The notes: generated from the sequence alone by a model not told the origin. DNA of 64,000 bases from an uncultured Desulfospira sp. (GCA_963663165.1 OY760175.1:5600001-5664000), one strand, 5' to 3'; positions 1-9,937 are shown, counted from the stretch's first letter. Translations and numbers: made by a program.

Positions 1-596
1 AAAGCGGCGGACCATGATTTTAAACCCGATTCCCTTTTGAAACTTTTCGGTATCAACATACCTGCTCTGGATGAAAATTATATGTACATCACTGAAAGCA
101 ACATCACCTCTGATTTCATGATTGATGCGCTGGAATCACTCTGGCCTTCTTTGAACGCAAGATTCGCCCCACATACACTGGTGATCAATCTTGATAATGG
201 GCCGGAAAATAGTAGCCGAAGGAGCCAATTCATTAGTCGCCTCGTGGACTTTGCCAAATCAGCATTTGTAAATATTAGTTTGGTGTACTATCCCCCGTAC
301 CACAGTAAATACAACCCAATAGAGCGAGTTTGGGGTGTTTTGGAAAATCATTGGAAAGGCGAATTGCTGAACAAAATTGAAAAGGTTCTCGGTCTATGTC
401 GAACAATGACATGGAAAGGAGAAAATCCTGTCGTCAAATTAATCAAAGGTGTTTACCCGACAGGGGTACGTTTGGTCAAGTCCGCCGTGAATAATATAGA
501 AAACAAAATTATTCGGATTCCAGGGATTGAAAAATGGGCTGTTGATATTCCATGCTATGAGGAATGAATTGTGGGTTTTGATTTTACCACATCCCT
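1..596 (+). mobile_element. 3' part of an ISAzo13-type IS (left part outside the window); right end approximate
   Basis: Transposase C-terminus runs to 567; the minus-strand DUF1566-like frame breaks at about 596 (...catccct|taa). Confidence 0.6.
37..567 (+). CDS. ISAzo13-family DDE transposase, C-terminal part (frame open from the window start)
   Basis: Motifs INLDNGPENS and YYPPYHSKYNPIERVWG; upstream in-frame DHDF. Confidence 0.85.
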   Translation: MKLFGINIPALDENYMYITESNITSDFMIDALESLWPSLNARFAPHTLVINLDNGPENSSRRSQFISRLVDFAKSAFVNISLVYYPPYHSKYNPIERVWGVLENHWKGELLNKIEKVLGLCRTMTWKGENPVVKLIKGVYPTGVRLVKSAVNNIENKIIRIPGIEKWAVDIPCYEE

Positions 597-1061
597 TAAC
601 TCTGATCTATTGGGAAGGCGCCAGTCTCCGGCCAGAGATCCGTCTGTTAAATCAGCATTGCTGGCGGCGGAAAGGCTGCTGCAAAAATCTATTGCCCCTT
701 GCCAGGTCGATTCAAGTTGATTGGCATTTCTCATCCACACAAGATTGGTAAGGTTATCCGTGATTGTTCCATCACCATTGTCTGTGAATCTTACGGATTC
801 GGGCTGAACCCCTATGCGAAGCTCACCATCGTCCCTGTCGCCATATGATGTAGACTGGCCTGTCGCAGGGACAGGTGCTTCAGGGCAGTCCAATGCGGTG
901 TTGAGGGTATCTAATATTTCTTCATTTTGGTTAAATATGTCCTCCAGACTATTCATGGTTGAACCGGGCGGTCCAGATGGATCTAAATCTCCTGCTGTAA
1001 TGGTTGACGATAGTGCCGTGATTAAAAGAATAACGGCCATCTTAATTTTGAGATGCTTCAT
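597..1061 (-). pseudogene. Secreted DUF1566 (Lcl C-terminal-like) protein, truncated by the IS
   Basis: Signal peptide; RFTDNGDGTITDNLTNLVW and DWRLPNRSEL motifs, after which the frame reads into the IS end. Confidence 0.75.
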
Positions 1062-1089
1062 AATCGTTCTCCTTAACCTATGAAATTTA

Positions 1090-2781
1090 GTAACTACTCA
1101 CCCCGGTCAAAATCGACACCGGGGATTTCACCTGCCAAAGCAAGCTGAATGGCAACAAGAGGATTCACGCCTTTGTTTGCCATGGTTTGCAGGTAGCTTG
1201 AAATTCGACAATAAGCATGAGCATATTGCTGACATCGAAAACAACCTGATATTTTCTGTTTTACCTTTGCCATCCGAAGATCGCGTTCTGCCCGATTATT
1301 AGTGAATGGAACATATGGGTCCTTGGCAAACAGCAAAACGGCCGCTTCATTATTTTTAAGCCTTTCCCACAAATTATGGGCATCTGATTTGGCCATTTTA
1401 CCGCGTTTGCCTTTTGGTTTTGGCGGGATTTCCGGCAGCTCTTTATCACCTCGTGTAAGAATGTTACGGAATCGTTTTTGCAAATTAGCGTATTCTTTAT
1501 CTGCCAAACACTTTTCTTCCCGCTTTGCTACTTTATGACAAGTTTCCTGTAAAAGCTTTTTCATATTAGCAGCCCACCTGTACTGATTGGATTCAACAAT
1601 AAATGTCAGTTCCCTCAATAGATGGGAACCACAAAGTCCATGTCCACAATGATCGTACGACAGGTATGATGCCCAGCAATCGTGGATTATTACCCCGCCA
1701 TAGCGGGGAATAATATTCAAATCGACTATCGCCTCCTTGCCTCGCTTTCGGTGAAGTAGCTTCAAGGTGGTGCCTCCGGAGGAATACACATGTATCCAGT
1801 GATTTTTTCGATCCACCCGAAAGGATGTCTCGTCAACATGAATTGATGGGGCCTGAAGAATGTCTTCTATCGATTTGACCTCCCACCTTTCAAGTGCTTG
1901 ATAAAGTCGCCAGACAAACTTTAGAAGGGTTGCTTCTGAAATTACCACACCGATCATTGCAGAAATCTGCTTTTGAACTCGGTTGAGTGCAACCATTTGG
2001 CTGATGATCAAGTGAATGACAAATGCTTTGAGTCCATTCCCATATTGCAGAGGGCCTGGCATATCCTCTGGAAATTGTCCTTTGACCGTCGTGTTACAGT
2101 TGGGGCACTCTTTGATTTCGGCATCAACATGATCCACGACTTTTTCAAAAATGATATCTATTTTGGTACGCCGCTCATATCCCTGGCAGGGTGCTTGATC
2201 AAGCGGCTGACCACATACATTACATGTTACAGCTTGCGCAACGGTGACGGTTGATTTTGTGCGGGCACTGCTAAGCTTACCGCTGACCTCTTTGCCCTTT
2301 CCTTTATTTCCAGGATCTGATTTGGAGGTCTCATCCTTAGATGTTTGTGAAGACGGTAGACTTGAGTTTTTGTTATCTTTGCGGGTCTTTTTCTCAAGGA
2401 AGATAGATAGTATCAATTCAACAATAAGGAGCATGCTGTTCATCAGAGCCCGCATCTCAGGAGATACTTTGCCCTCAGCACAAAGATTTTCAAAATCCTT
2501 TTTTAGACGGGCTATTTCTTCCCGAACACTATTTTTATCTACCGTTGCCATGTCAGCATTATAACACGGGTTTTTGGCGGCTCGAGATTTGCTCTATAGC
2601 GGATTTTCTATGTATTCGGCATCATCTGTCATGATTTTACGGTAAATTTCTGGATAAATAAGCGCCAGCATGCTTTAATAAAGGATTTGGTGACCATTTA
2701 AAAAATTTTAAAATTGACCTCAAAAAACCTGTCAAGTCTTTTTTTTAAATTTTTACATTTTTTTATGGGGTGAGTAGTTAC
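1090..2781 (-). mobile_element. IS66-family element, single-ORF type
   Basis: 15-bp TIRs GTAACTACTCACCCC (1090-1104) / GGGGTGAGTAGTTAC (2767-2781); 8-bp TSD GAAATTTA at 1082-1089 and 2782-2789. Confidence 0.95.
1094..2551 (-). CDS. IS66-family transposase
   Basis: Coiled coil, KNSSLPSS, CxxC zinc ribbon, HVDET, IHDCW, CGSHLLREL, FTNNRAERDLR. Confidence 0.95.
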   Translation of the reverse strand: MATVDKNSVREEIARLKKDFENLCAEGKVSPEMRALMNSMLLIVELILSIFLEKKTRKDNKNSSLPSSQTSKDETSKSDPGNKGKGKEVSGKLSSARTKSTVTVAQAVTCNVCGQPLDQAPCQGYERRTKIDIIFEKVVDHVDAEIKECPNCNTTVKGQFPEDMPGPLQYGNGLKAFVIHLIISQMVALNRVQKQISAMIGVVISEATLLKFVWRLYQALERWEVKSIEDILQAPSIHVDETSFRVDRKNHWIHVYSSGGTTLKLLHRKRGKEAIVDLNIIPRYGGVIIHDCWASYLSYDHCGHGLCGSHLLRELTFIVESNQYRWAANMKKLLQETCHKVAKREEKCLADKEYANLQKRFRNILTRGDKELPEIPPKPKGKRGKMAKSDAHNLWERLKNNEAAVLLFAKDPYVPFTNNRAERDLRMAKVKQKISGCFRCQQYAHAYCRISSYLQTMANKGVNPLVAIQLALAGEIPGVDFDRGE

Positions 2782-2924
2782 GAAATTTAAATGGTTTTGC
2801 CATGAAATCCGTTAAGCTTTAACTGTTTGTAATCCTAAATTTGTAATGCACTATTTTTAAATCTTTTCCTTTCAATTGGTGGCTGCCATCAAATCCCGTA
2901 TCTTTTTCTGTCGTTTCATTCAAA

Positions 2925-3051
2925 AAAGAACGACAAGCTCAGCCGACCGGGGCAAATTGCCGAGCGCGTTGTAAAAGCCCAATCCTTTCAAAAATCAAGG
3001 TCTTTCAAAAGTCGCTAGGCCCCCCGGGTCGGCTGGAGCGGCTTGTTAGCT
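2925..3051 (-). repeat. attC site 1 (family A)
   Basis: aaagaac...gctcagccgaccgggg...ccccgggtcggctggagc...gttagct. Confidence 0.9.
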
Positions 3052-3054
3052 GAA

Positions 3055-3426
3055 TCATAGCTTTTTTACGTTTATGGTTTTATCGCATATCACTCCAATT
3101 AGTGATGTTATTAATCCCAGAACAAGACTACCGCCAATTGCGTATAGCGGAATAAAAATAAATATAAGGCCAGCTGTAGATGAACCAGTTTTAGTTGCCC
3201 ACCAATCAAAAAACCATGCGAAATGACTAAAAAAGACTATGATGGTCGCACCTGTAGCGAATCCAATACCCCCCAATTTATTGGCATAGCTTTTGCTTTT
3301 AAAGCTACTCTTCAATACTATATATCCAAGAACAAGAGGGACCATATTCCAAAAAGCAAAAGGGTTAATTGGTATTCCCTCCAAAATATATACAGAAACA
3401 CAAAGAATGATGAAAACTATTGTCAA
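3055..3426 (-). CDS. Cassette membrane protein (about 4 TM segments), hypothetical
   Basis: Hydrophobic ORF filling the space between attC2 and attC1. Confidence 0.75.
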   Translation of the reverse strand: MTIVFIILCVSVYILEGIPINPFAFWNMVPLVLGYIVLKSSFKSKSYANKLGGIGFATGATIIVFFSHFAWFFDWWATKTGSSTAGLIFIFIPLYAIGGSLVLGLITSLIGVICDKTINVKKL

Positions 3427-3481
3427 TAAATTTCCTTTTTTCCCATTGTATGTTTAATGATATCCATGGTCGATTTTAACA

Positions 3482-3612
3482 TGCTAACGGGGAGCTCAGC
3501 CGCCCGGGGAACGAAAACCAAGCACTTGCCTGAAGTTAAATTTGTTTCAAAAACCGCGGGCTTTTGAAAAGCCGCTAACCTCCCCGGGGCGGGCTGCAGC
3601 GTTTTGTTCTGA
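3482..3612 (-). repeat. attC site 2 (family A)
   Basis: tgctaac...gttctga; R'' is complementary to tcagaac at 8780, so it belongs to the 7949-8773 cassette. Confidence 0.9.
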
Positions 3613-3758
3613 TCTATTTTTGAGAATGGTCACAAAAAATCATGGAAAAATTGAAGATAATTTGCAAGATATGTCAGGTTTGAGGCAGAAGTTCCCCTGT
3701 TTATCTCGCAAATAATCGTGAAACTCCTGCCTCCCCACCCAATAACAGGGCAGGAGAT

Positions 3759-4346
3759 ATGCTATCAGAAGTTCTGAAAAACGAAAGTTTTTTTTGGGAT
3801 CTATACAAAATAGATCTGGCAACAGCCGAACGTTATAGACAGATGAAGTGCCCCCACTGCCAGGGACCGTTGTATTATGCCAATTATCCGCGCAAACCCA
3901 GGGGGGAGCCTGAAGGGTTGTCTGAAGAATGTTTTTTACAATTCAGTTTATGTTGCGGAAGGGAAGGCTGTCGACGTCGTTTGATCCCGCCAACCTGCCG
4001 TTTCCTTGGTAAAAACATTTACTGGTATGCGGCCATTCTGACGATTGTGTCCGACTGGCAGAACCAATCTGTAGGTATCACGATGTCCAGGTTTGCTGAA
4101 ACAATCGGTATCTCCCGCAACACCCTTAGCCGCTGGGTCAGCTTATTCAAAGAAATATTTCCAACAAGCTCTCAATGGAAGAAAATCCGGGGCCGAGTAC
4201 CTGCAAGCGTAAAAAATGATCGTCTTCCAGCAAGTTTGGTCAACTTCTATCTGCATCAACAGGCGTCCATCAAAAAAACGTTGATCTCCTGTTTGTCATT
4301 CTTGTCTCAAGGCAGTGAAATATCACAAAAAATAAGGGCCGGGTAA
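3759..4346 (+). CDS. Transposon accessory protein, Cys-rich zinc ribbon plus HTH
   Basis: CPHC...CC..EGC cysteines; HTH-like FAETIGISRNTLSRW; RBS caggag. Confidence 0.8.
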   Translation: MLSEVLKNESFFWDLYKIDLATAERYRQMKCPHCQGPLYYANYPRKPRGEPEGLSEECFLQFSLCCGREGCRRRLIPPTCRFLGKNIYWYAAILTIVSDWQNQSVGITMSRFAETIGISRNTLSRWVSLFKEIFPTSSQWKKIRGRVPASVKNDRLPASLVNFYLHQQASIKKTLISCLSFLSQGSEISQKIRAG

Positions 4347-4461
4347 TCTCACGCAGAAGATGGGCGTGGCCTTGGGCGCTCAACTGTTCTATCAAAGGGG
4401 CCGGGATTTTTATCAGCATTTCGCTGAAAATTTTAACTCAAAATTGAAAGGACCCCGGCCT

Positions 4462-5907
4462 ATGAACAGTAAAAACCAAAGTCCGGTTGATAACTGGGCT
4501 TTGTTTCGCTTCTCAGTCGTTGGCGGTTTGCTGGCAAATCCGCCGGCCAAAGGTGAGCTGCGCAAGGAACTGGAAAAGCTTTCCTATCAGATTTACACCC
4601 ATCCCATCACGAACGAATCAACGGTATTTCATTTTTCAACTATTGAAAGCTGGTATTACAAGGCAAAAAATGCCCAGGACCCCATTATTGCTTTAGGGCG
4701 GAAAGTTCGTTCTGACTATGGCGGTTCAATTGTATTCACACCTGAACTGATCCGGATGCTGGGCAGACAATACCGGACTTATCCGAACTGGAGCTACAAA
4801 CTGCACGCAGATAATTTCGCAGCAGAACTCCAGGAAAAGGAGGCTTCAGTATCGGTACCATCCTATGCCAGTGTCCGGCGGCGGATGATCGAAAGGGGGT
4901 GGACCAGGAAGCCCTCAGCAAAGAAAAAACAGACAGCGGGTATGAAAATTGCCGCAAAGCGGTTCGAAAGCCATGAAATCCGAGGATACGAAGCAGAATA
5001 TGTTCACAGCCTGTGGCATCTGGATTTTCATGAAGGCAGTCTGCGGGTGGTGGATAACAACGGTAACTGGTATACGCCCAAAGCCTTATGTATTCTTGAC
5101 GACCATTCCCGCCTGTGCTGCCACATCCAATGGTATTCAGGAGAAACCACCCAGGATTTGATTCATGGATTGACCCAGGCATTTTTCAAAAGGGGGCTTC
5201 CCAGGGCACTGATGACGGACAACGGATCTGCCATGACCTCCCATGAGTTTTGCAACGGTCTTAAAAAAACAGGGATACTTCATGAAACGACACTGCCCTA
5301 CAGCCCTTATCAAAACGGTAAGCAGGAAGCCTTTTGGGGAACCCTTGAAGGCAGATTGATGGCCATGCTGACCCGGGTGGACCCTCTGACACTGGAATAT
5401 CTCAATCACAGCAGTCAGGCCTGGGTCGAGATGGAATATAACAAAACCAGGCATAGTGACATCGGCACATCTCCTGTTCAACGCATGCTTGAAGGCAAAG
5501 ATGTTTCCCGGCCGGCACCGGATGAAGAGCAACTGAGGTTCGCCTTTACAGTCTGCGAATCCAGAAATCAGCGAAAATCTGACGGTACCGTGTCCATCAA
5601 CGGGGTAAGATTTGAGATCCCTTCCCGGTTTCACCATATCCCTCGGTTACATGTCTGCTTTGCCAATTGGGATAAATCCATGGCCTGGCTCATGGACCAG
5701 AGAACCGGCAAACAGATTGCGCAGATCTACCCCCAGGACAAAATCAAAAATGCTTCAGGAAAACGAAAGATCAAGTCGAGACCTGAGCATACCATTCTAC
5801 CGGATGAAACATTGAAAGAATCCGAGCCTGCATTATTAAGAAAACTGATGGCCGAGTATGCCCAAAGCGGCATGCCTCCAGCCTATCTTCCCAAAGGAGA
5901 ATCATGA
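4462..5907 (+). CDS. DDE (rve/Mu-like) transposase
   Basis: LWHLDF, MTDNG, NGKQEAF triad; Mu-like C-terminal DGTVSINGVRFEIP; start ATG 4462 after gaaagga. Confidence 0.9.
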   Translation: MNSKNQSPVDNWALFRFSVVGGLLANPPAKGELRKELEKLSYQIYTHPITNESTVFHFSTIESWYYKAKNAQDPIIALGRKVRSDYGGSIVFTPELIRMLGRQYRTYPNWSYKLHADNFAAELQEKEASVSVPSYASVRRRMIERGWTRKPSAKKKQTAGMKIAAKRFESHEIRGYEAEYVHSLWHLDFHEGSLRVVDNNGNWYTPKALCILDDHSRLCCHIQWYSGETTQDLIHGLTQAFFKRGLPRALMTDNGSAMTSHEFCNGLKKTGILHETTLPYSPYQNGKQEAFWGTLEGRLMAMLTRVDPLTLEYLNHSSQAWVEMEYNKTRHSDIGTSPVQRMLEGKDVSRPAPDEEQLRFAFTVCESRNQRKSDGTVSINGVRFEIPSRFHHIPRLHVCFANWDKSMAWLMDQRTGKQIAQIYPQDKIKNASGKRKIKSRPEHTILPDETLKESEPALLRKLMAEYAQSGMPPAYLPKGES

Positions 5908-6731
5908 ACAACAAACAGCTTCTGGCTTATTACGGCCTTAAATGGAACCCTTTTTTTCCTAATATCCCCGTGGAAGCCTTATGGCATCCGCCATTGATGA
6001 ACAGTTTTATTTTTCGTCTTGAGAATATGACCCTGAACGGGGGCTTTGCTTTGATCAGCGGGGACCCCGGCCTTGGCAAATCCAAGGCGTTGCAGATGAT
6101 TGCCCAAAAGTTCGGTAAACTTGACGAGGTAGTTGTCGGGGTAATGGAACGTCCCCAAAGCAGTGTCGGAGACTTTTACCGGGAAATGGGAGTTTTGTTT
6201 GGTGTCAATTTGAGCCCTGCCAACCGGTACGGCGGGTTCAAGGATCTTCGGGAGCGCTGGAAAAGTCATGTAAAAACCACCTTGTTCCGGCCCATCCTGC
6301 TCATAGATGAGGCCCAGGAGATGCTGACCGGATGCTTAAATGAACTGCGTTTGTTGAACAGCGCGGACTTTGACTCCCAAAACCTGTTGACCACCGTGAT
6401 TTGCGGCGATGACCGGCTCCCGGAACGGTTCAGATCAAGATCCCTGGTATCGCTGGGAAGCCGGATGCAGTTCCGGCTGACGCTGCTTCCCTATGTCCGG
6501 GATGACCTGCTGGATTACATGGATCACAGCCTGAACCAGGCCGGCGCCCCGCACTTAATGACGAAAACTCTGATCAGGACCCTTGCAGACCATTGCGCCG
6601 GCAACCTGCGGGTTCTTAACAATATGGCCGCAGACCTGCTGACTGCGGGGATTGAAAAAGAACTCAATCAATTGGACGAAAAGCTTTTTATGGAAGTCTA
6701 TTCCAGACAGCCGCCCAATAAAAAATCATAG
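5904..6731 (+). CDS. ExeA-like AAA+ ATPase (transposition helper)
   Basis: YGLKWNPF N-terminus, Walker A GDPGLGKS, Walker B LLIDEA; ATGA overlap with the transposase. Confidence 0.9.
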   Translation: MNNKQLLAYYGLKWNPFFPNIPVEALWHPPLMNSFIFRLENMTLNGGFALISGDPGLGKSKALQMIAQKFGKLDEVVVGVMERPQSSVGDFYREMGVLFGVNLSPANRYGGFKDLRERWKSHVKTTLFRPILLIDEAQEMLTGCLNELRLLNSADFDSQNLLTTVICGDDRLPERFRSRSLVSLGSRMQFRLTLLPYVRDDLLDYMDHSLNQAGAPHLMTKTLIRTLADHCAGNLRVLNNMAADLLTAGIEKELNQLDEKLFMEVYSRQPPNKKS

Positions 6732-6740
6732 GAGAACAAT

Positions 6741-6923
6741 ATGGGTATTTATGATGATCCGGACATGAAACTGGAAGAAATCACACAGGAATTGGAACAT
6801 TTTATCCTGGATATGGTCCTTGCCGGACTTGAAAGCTTGAATATGGAATATCGGGCCTTCAGGCGATTCCAGAAACAAAGGCTCACGGAAAAGAACCGTC
6901 ATAAAGAACACGAGCCGTTTTGA
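6741..6923 (+). CDS. 60-aa hypothetical protein
   Basis: Strong RBS aggaga; lies in the operon between the ATPase and the primase. Confidence 0.6.
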   Translation: MGIYDDPDMKLEEITQELEHFILDMVLAGLESLNMEYRAFRRFQKQRLTEKNRHKEHEPF

Positions 6924-6960
6924 ACGTACGCCCGGACTCCAAAGGTCCGGGCCTGCCTCA

Positions 6961-7749
6961 ATGGAAAAAATACTTTGGAAAATCGGCAATTATTTTAAGC
7001 ACCGCTTCAGCCTGGCAGTTCTTGATGAAATTAAGGGCCGGTGGCCCGTTCTCCCCTCTTGTAAAAACATCCCTTATCTTAAAGCTGAAAATGCCGGAGG
7101 AAGGCACATCCTGATCAGACCTGATCCTGTTATTCAGCCTTATTATTTTCTTGCCGACGATTTAAACATTGACCTGCTTATCCGGCATCATCAATCCATA
7201 TCAAACCGCTTTAAACCAGGCAGGATGGTTATAGAAACATCTCCCGGCAATTATCAAATTTGGATTCACAGTGACCGTCCGTTAAGCCTTCCCGAAAAAA
7301 AGTATTGGTTGGAAAACATGCACAGTGATCCCGGCGCCGACCCGAAAAACAGGTGGGGCAGATGCCCCGGGTTCAGGAACAGAAAAGCAAAACACAGAAC
7401 GCCTTCAGGACAATACCCTTTGGCAAAGCTATTATGGGTGGACTGGAAATGCCAGGCTATTGTCCCTGAAATAGAATTATCCTCCCAACCTCAAGAAGTC
7501 TTTTCCCATCAACCCCGGGGGGGAGTGTGCCATAACGGTAATATTTCCCGCTCCCTCTATGATAAGGGTGACGAATCTGCCACTGATTTTGCATATGCTC
7601 TGGCCCTCTATAGAAGAGGTTTCTCACGAATGGAAATTTACAATCGCATTATCAATGAAAGGCAGGATTGGATTAATCATGCGGGTGAACGAAAAAAAAC
7701 ACAGTATCTGATCAGGACATTACAGAAAGCTGAAAAAATTATCAGTTAA
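6961..7749 (+). CDS. RepB-type (AEP superfamily) DNA primase with C-terminal helical domain
   Basis: FLADD, VIETSPGNYQIW, DPGA, GRCPGFRNRK, C-terminal DESATDFAYALAL. Confidence 0.8.
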   Translation: MEKILWKIGNYFKHRFSLAVLDEIKGRWPVLPSCKNIPYLKAENAGGRHILIRPDPVIQPYYFLADDLNIDLLIRHHQSISNRFKPGRMVIETSPGNYQIWIHSDRPLSLPEKKYWLENMHSDPGADPKNRWGRCPGFRNRKAKHRTPSGQYPLAKLLWVDWKCQAIVPEIELSSQPQEVFSHQPRGGVCHNGNISRSLYDKGDESATDFAYALALYRRGFSRMEIYNRIINERQDWINHAGERKKTQYLIRTLQKAEKIIS

Positions 7750-7948
7750 AATCGGGCTCTCTTGGCCTCCGGGAAAGCCCTTATTTACCATGAAACGTTG
7801 TCCATGAATTATCGTGATTGCTCTCATTTTCACCTGGGATGCTTAACAGGATTTACCCTGAGTAGGAGGTCTCGGCTCATAAAGCCGAAACCTCCGACAG
7901 CACCTCGCCCCCCACCTTAAAAGATAGGGTCCAGGGAGTTGCCTCTGA

Positions 7949-8773
7949 TTATTCCCTCCTTAAGAAATCTGGTTGGGATTGTGCGTTCATCATCTTTCTC
8001 ATTGTTTTCCCTTCACAGATTTCAAATAAATCATTTCTCCATTCTATACATTTTAAATCCACATTATTATCAAGTTGTGTTCCAAGGTAATATCGGATTT
8101 TATCTATAATTATACCAAATGTAATAGCCGACGAACCCGGCTTACGATAAACGCCAACTAATTGAGGTGCCCCTCCACAAGCTATGTCTTTGATATTAAA
8201 CAAAGTGTCACAAAAACAATGAAATACGCTACGGCTCGTCCCTTTATCTGGCCCCTCATTATAACGCTTATAATTATCGCGAAATTCATTAGCACCTGAA
8301 CCAAGAACAAAAAGTATATCAGAGTTCTCTGGCATTTTTATCTCTTTTCCTGACCATCCTTTTGATCGGGACCATTCTATAAGCCGACATTCAAATTTTA
8401 AATTATCTTCCAGATCTCTTGAAATGTGGATAATCTGAAATACATCTGAGACTATACCTCTCACCATTTTAGGATATTTATCAAATTGATGGACTAACTT
8501 TTCTTTGATTAATTCGAATCGTTCTTTACACGATGCATTTTCAGGAAAAAATAAACCTCGATCAGTCATTTCCGTGACTTGTGAAAGTACCATCATAGGA
8601 AAAAGTACATCCCCACAATATCCGAGAATATCTGGAGAATGTTGTAAGGCAAATACTTTTCTTCCATGATCATAATTTGCAGCATGGCCCCAACTTACAC
8701 GACTATCTGCAGCAATATATGCGGATGCTGTCCCGTGTGTATCAACTCCTATCCAAGAAACAAGTAGTGTCAT
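7949..8773 (-). CDS. Cassette protein, putative Ntn-hydrolase/proteasome-beta-like fold
   Basis: M-T N-terminus, IAADSR, LGSGA and CGG motifs. Confidence 0.6.
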   Translation of the reverse strand: MTLLVSWIGVDTHGTASAYIAADSRVSWGHAANYDHGRKVFALQHSPDILGYCGDVLFPMMVLSQVTEMTDRGLFFPENASCKERFELIKEKLVHQFDKYPKMVRGIVSDVFQIIHISRDLEDNLKFECRLIEWSRSKGWSGKEIKMPENSDILFVLGSGANEFRDNYKRYNEGPDKGTSRSVFHCFCDTLFNIKDIACGGAPQLVGVYRKPGSSAITFGIIIDKIRYYLGTQLDNNVDLKCIEWRNDLFEICEGKTMRKMMNAQSQPDFLRRE

Positions 8774-8779
8774 TTTAAA

Positions 8780-8905
8780 TCAGAACGGGGAGATCAGCCG
8801 CCCGGGGCATATTGCCGGGAAGCTTGTCGAAGCCAAGTTTTTCGAAAACCAAGCACTTTAAAAAAGCCGATAGCTCCCCGGGTCGGCTGCATCGTTTTGT
8901 TCTGT
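8780..8905 (-). repeat. attC site 3 (family A)
   Basis: tcagaac...gttctgt; compensatory change agatcagccg / cggctgcatc. Confidence 0.9.
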
Positions 8906-8927
8906 GCTATTTTAAATTCGTCCGAAG

Positions 8928-9278
8928 TTAACTCCCATCTAATATCGATAATATGATTCCACAACAAGCTATAAAAAAGAAATAGATTGGGATATGCCAT
9001 CCTGACCATCGAATCTGTTTTTTATACGTTTCAATAGTTGGATCATTGTAATTGTCTAAAGATCTCCAAATAAAATTATAGACTGATTGTGAATAATAAG
9101 GATGCGTCCACGTTGCAGTCCACGAGCTATCATTTTTCATAGCTTCCCATTCAAAAGGATATTTTTTTGACATGTATTTTTGAAAAGGAAATCGAATCAA
9201 ATAACAGTGCCGGGCTAAAACAAAAATCCATCCAGCCACAAATGACAATACAATTATTAAAATTACAGATTCATTCAT
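8928..9278 (-). CDS. Cassette membrane protein (2 TM segments), hypothetical
   Basis: ORF between attC4 and attC3. Confidence 0.75.
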   Translation of the reverse strand: MNESVILIIVLSFVAGWIFVLARHCYLIRFPFQKYMSKKYPFEWEAMKNDSSWTATWTHPYYSQSVYNFIWRSLDNYNDPTIETYKKQIRWSGWHIPIYFFFIACCGIILSILDGS

Positions 9279-9305
9279 CTTTATTAATCAGCTGCGTTTT
9301 ATTAC

Positions 9306-9435
9306 ACAGAACGGGGAGCTGAGGGGCCAGGCTTTTAAACCCAAAAAGCTCCGATAAAAAGATAAATTTTCCTGAACCAGGCACTTCCGAAAGGCCGCTC
9401 TGTAAGCCTGGTCCCTCTCCAGCGTTTTGTTGTGC
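9306..9435 (-). repeat. attC site 4 (family B)
   Basis: acagaac ggggagctgaggggccaggc...gcctggtccctctccagcgtttt gttgtgc. Confidence 0.9.
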
Positions 9436-9442
9436 ATATTTT

Positions 9443-9901
9443 TTACCCAATATATTGCACGTCTTTTGGGGATTCTGCGTGTTCTCTTGTACCGAAAATC
9501 ACATCCCGCAAAACTCCTATTTCGATAGAATCTGACTTTGTTAAATCTTTTCGCATTGCTGATATCAACATGCTGAAAGCCAAAAAGGATTCGTCTGTTA
9601 TTAGAAAATTAGTACCGCTAAAAAATTTACGCATTTCCAATACAACTTCTGCACTACCAATTAAGGCAATTCTGGATTTCGCCTGTGTCAATTTTTGTAG
9701 CTGTTCAAGAGTCCGTTTATCACGATGCTTTGCTGAGCTTGCTATTTCAGAAATGATGTTTATAAAATCGAGATATGCTTGTGTACGGATTTCTAAAATT
9801 TTTTTGCTTTTTTCTGCCCGGCGTCCCAGAAAAAATTGGATCAAAGCGCTTGCCCCGACACCAATCAGTCCAATTATTGCTACAATGAGTTTAATATCCA
9901 T
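9443..9901 (-). CDS. Cassette protein with N-terminal TM helix, hypothetical
   Basis: ORF between attC5 and attC4. Confidence 0.75.
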   Translation of the reverse strand: MDIKLIVAIIGLIGVGASALIQFFLGRRAEKSKKILEIRTQAYLDFINIISEIASSAKHRDKRTLEQLQKLTQAKSRIALIGSAEVVLEMRKFFSGTNFLITDESFLAFSMLISAMRKDLTKSDSIEIGVLRDVIFGTREHAESPKDVQYIG

Positions 9902-9937
9902 AAATCATCTCATTAGAGATATCCGTCCCGTTTCAAA

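Larger units (their letters stand above)
3621..7826 (+). mobile_element. 4206-bp TG...CA transposon: Zn-finger/HTH + DDE transposase + ExeA-like ATPase + small ORF + RepB-type primase
   Basis: Imperfect TIRs TGAGAATGGTCACAAAAAATCATGGAAAA vs (rc) TGAGAGCAATCACGATAATTCATGGACAA, 21/29 match; TTTT at 3617-3620 and 7827-7830. Confidence 0.85.

Noticed and set aside
5904..6731. ExeA-like ATPases as type II secretion components
   Set aside because: Both are translationally coupled to DDE transposases inside TIRs, with no T2SS genes nearby
7855..7910. Group II intron domain VI-like hairpin near attC2
   Set aside because: No domain V and no reverse transcriptase ORF
3608..7949. TCTGAT direct repeat (3608-3613, 7944-7949) as the TSD of a larger element
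   Set aside because: No TIRs at those positions; the TG...CA TIRs at 3621/7826 explain the insertion, and 7831-7948 reads as cassette 3' UTR with a hairpin (7865-7895)
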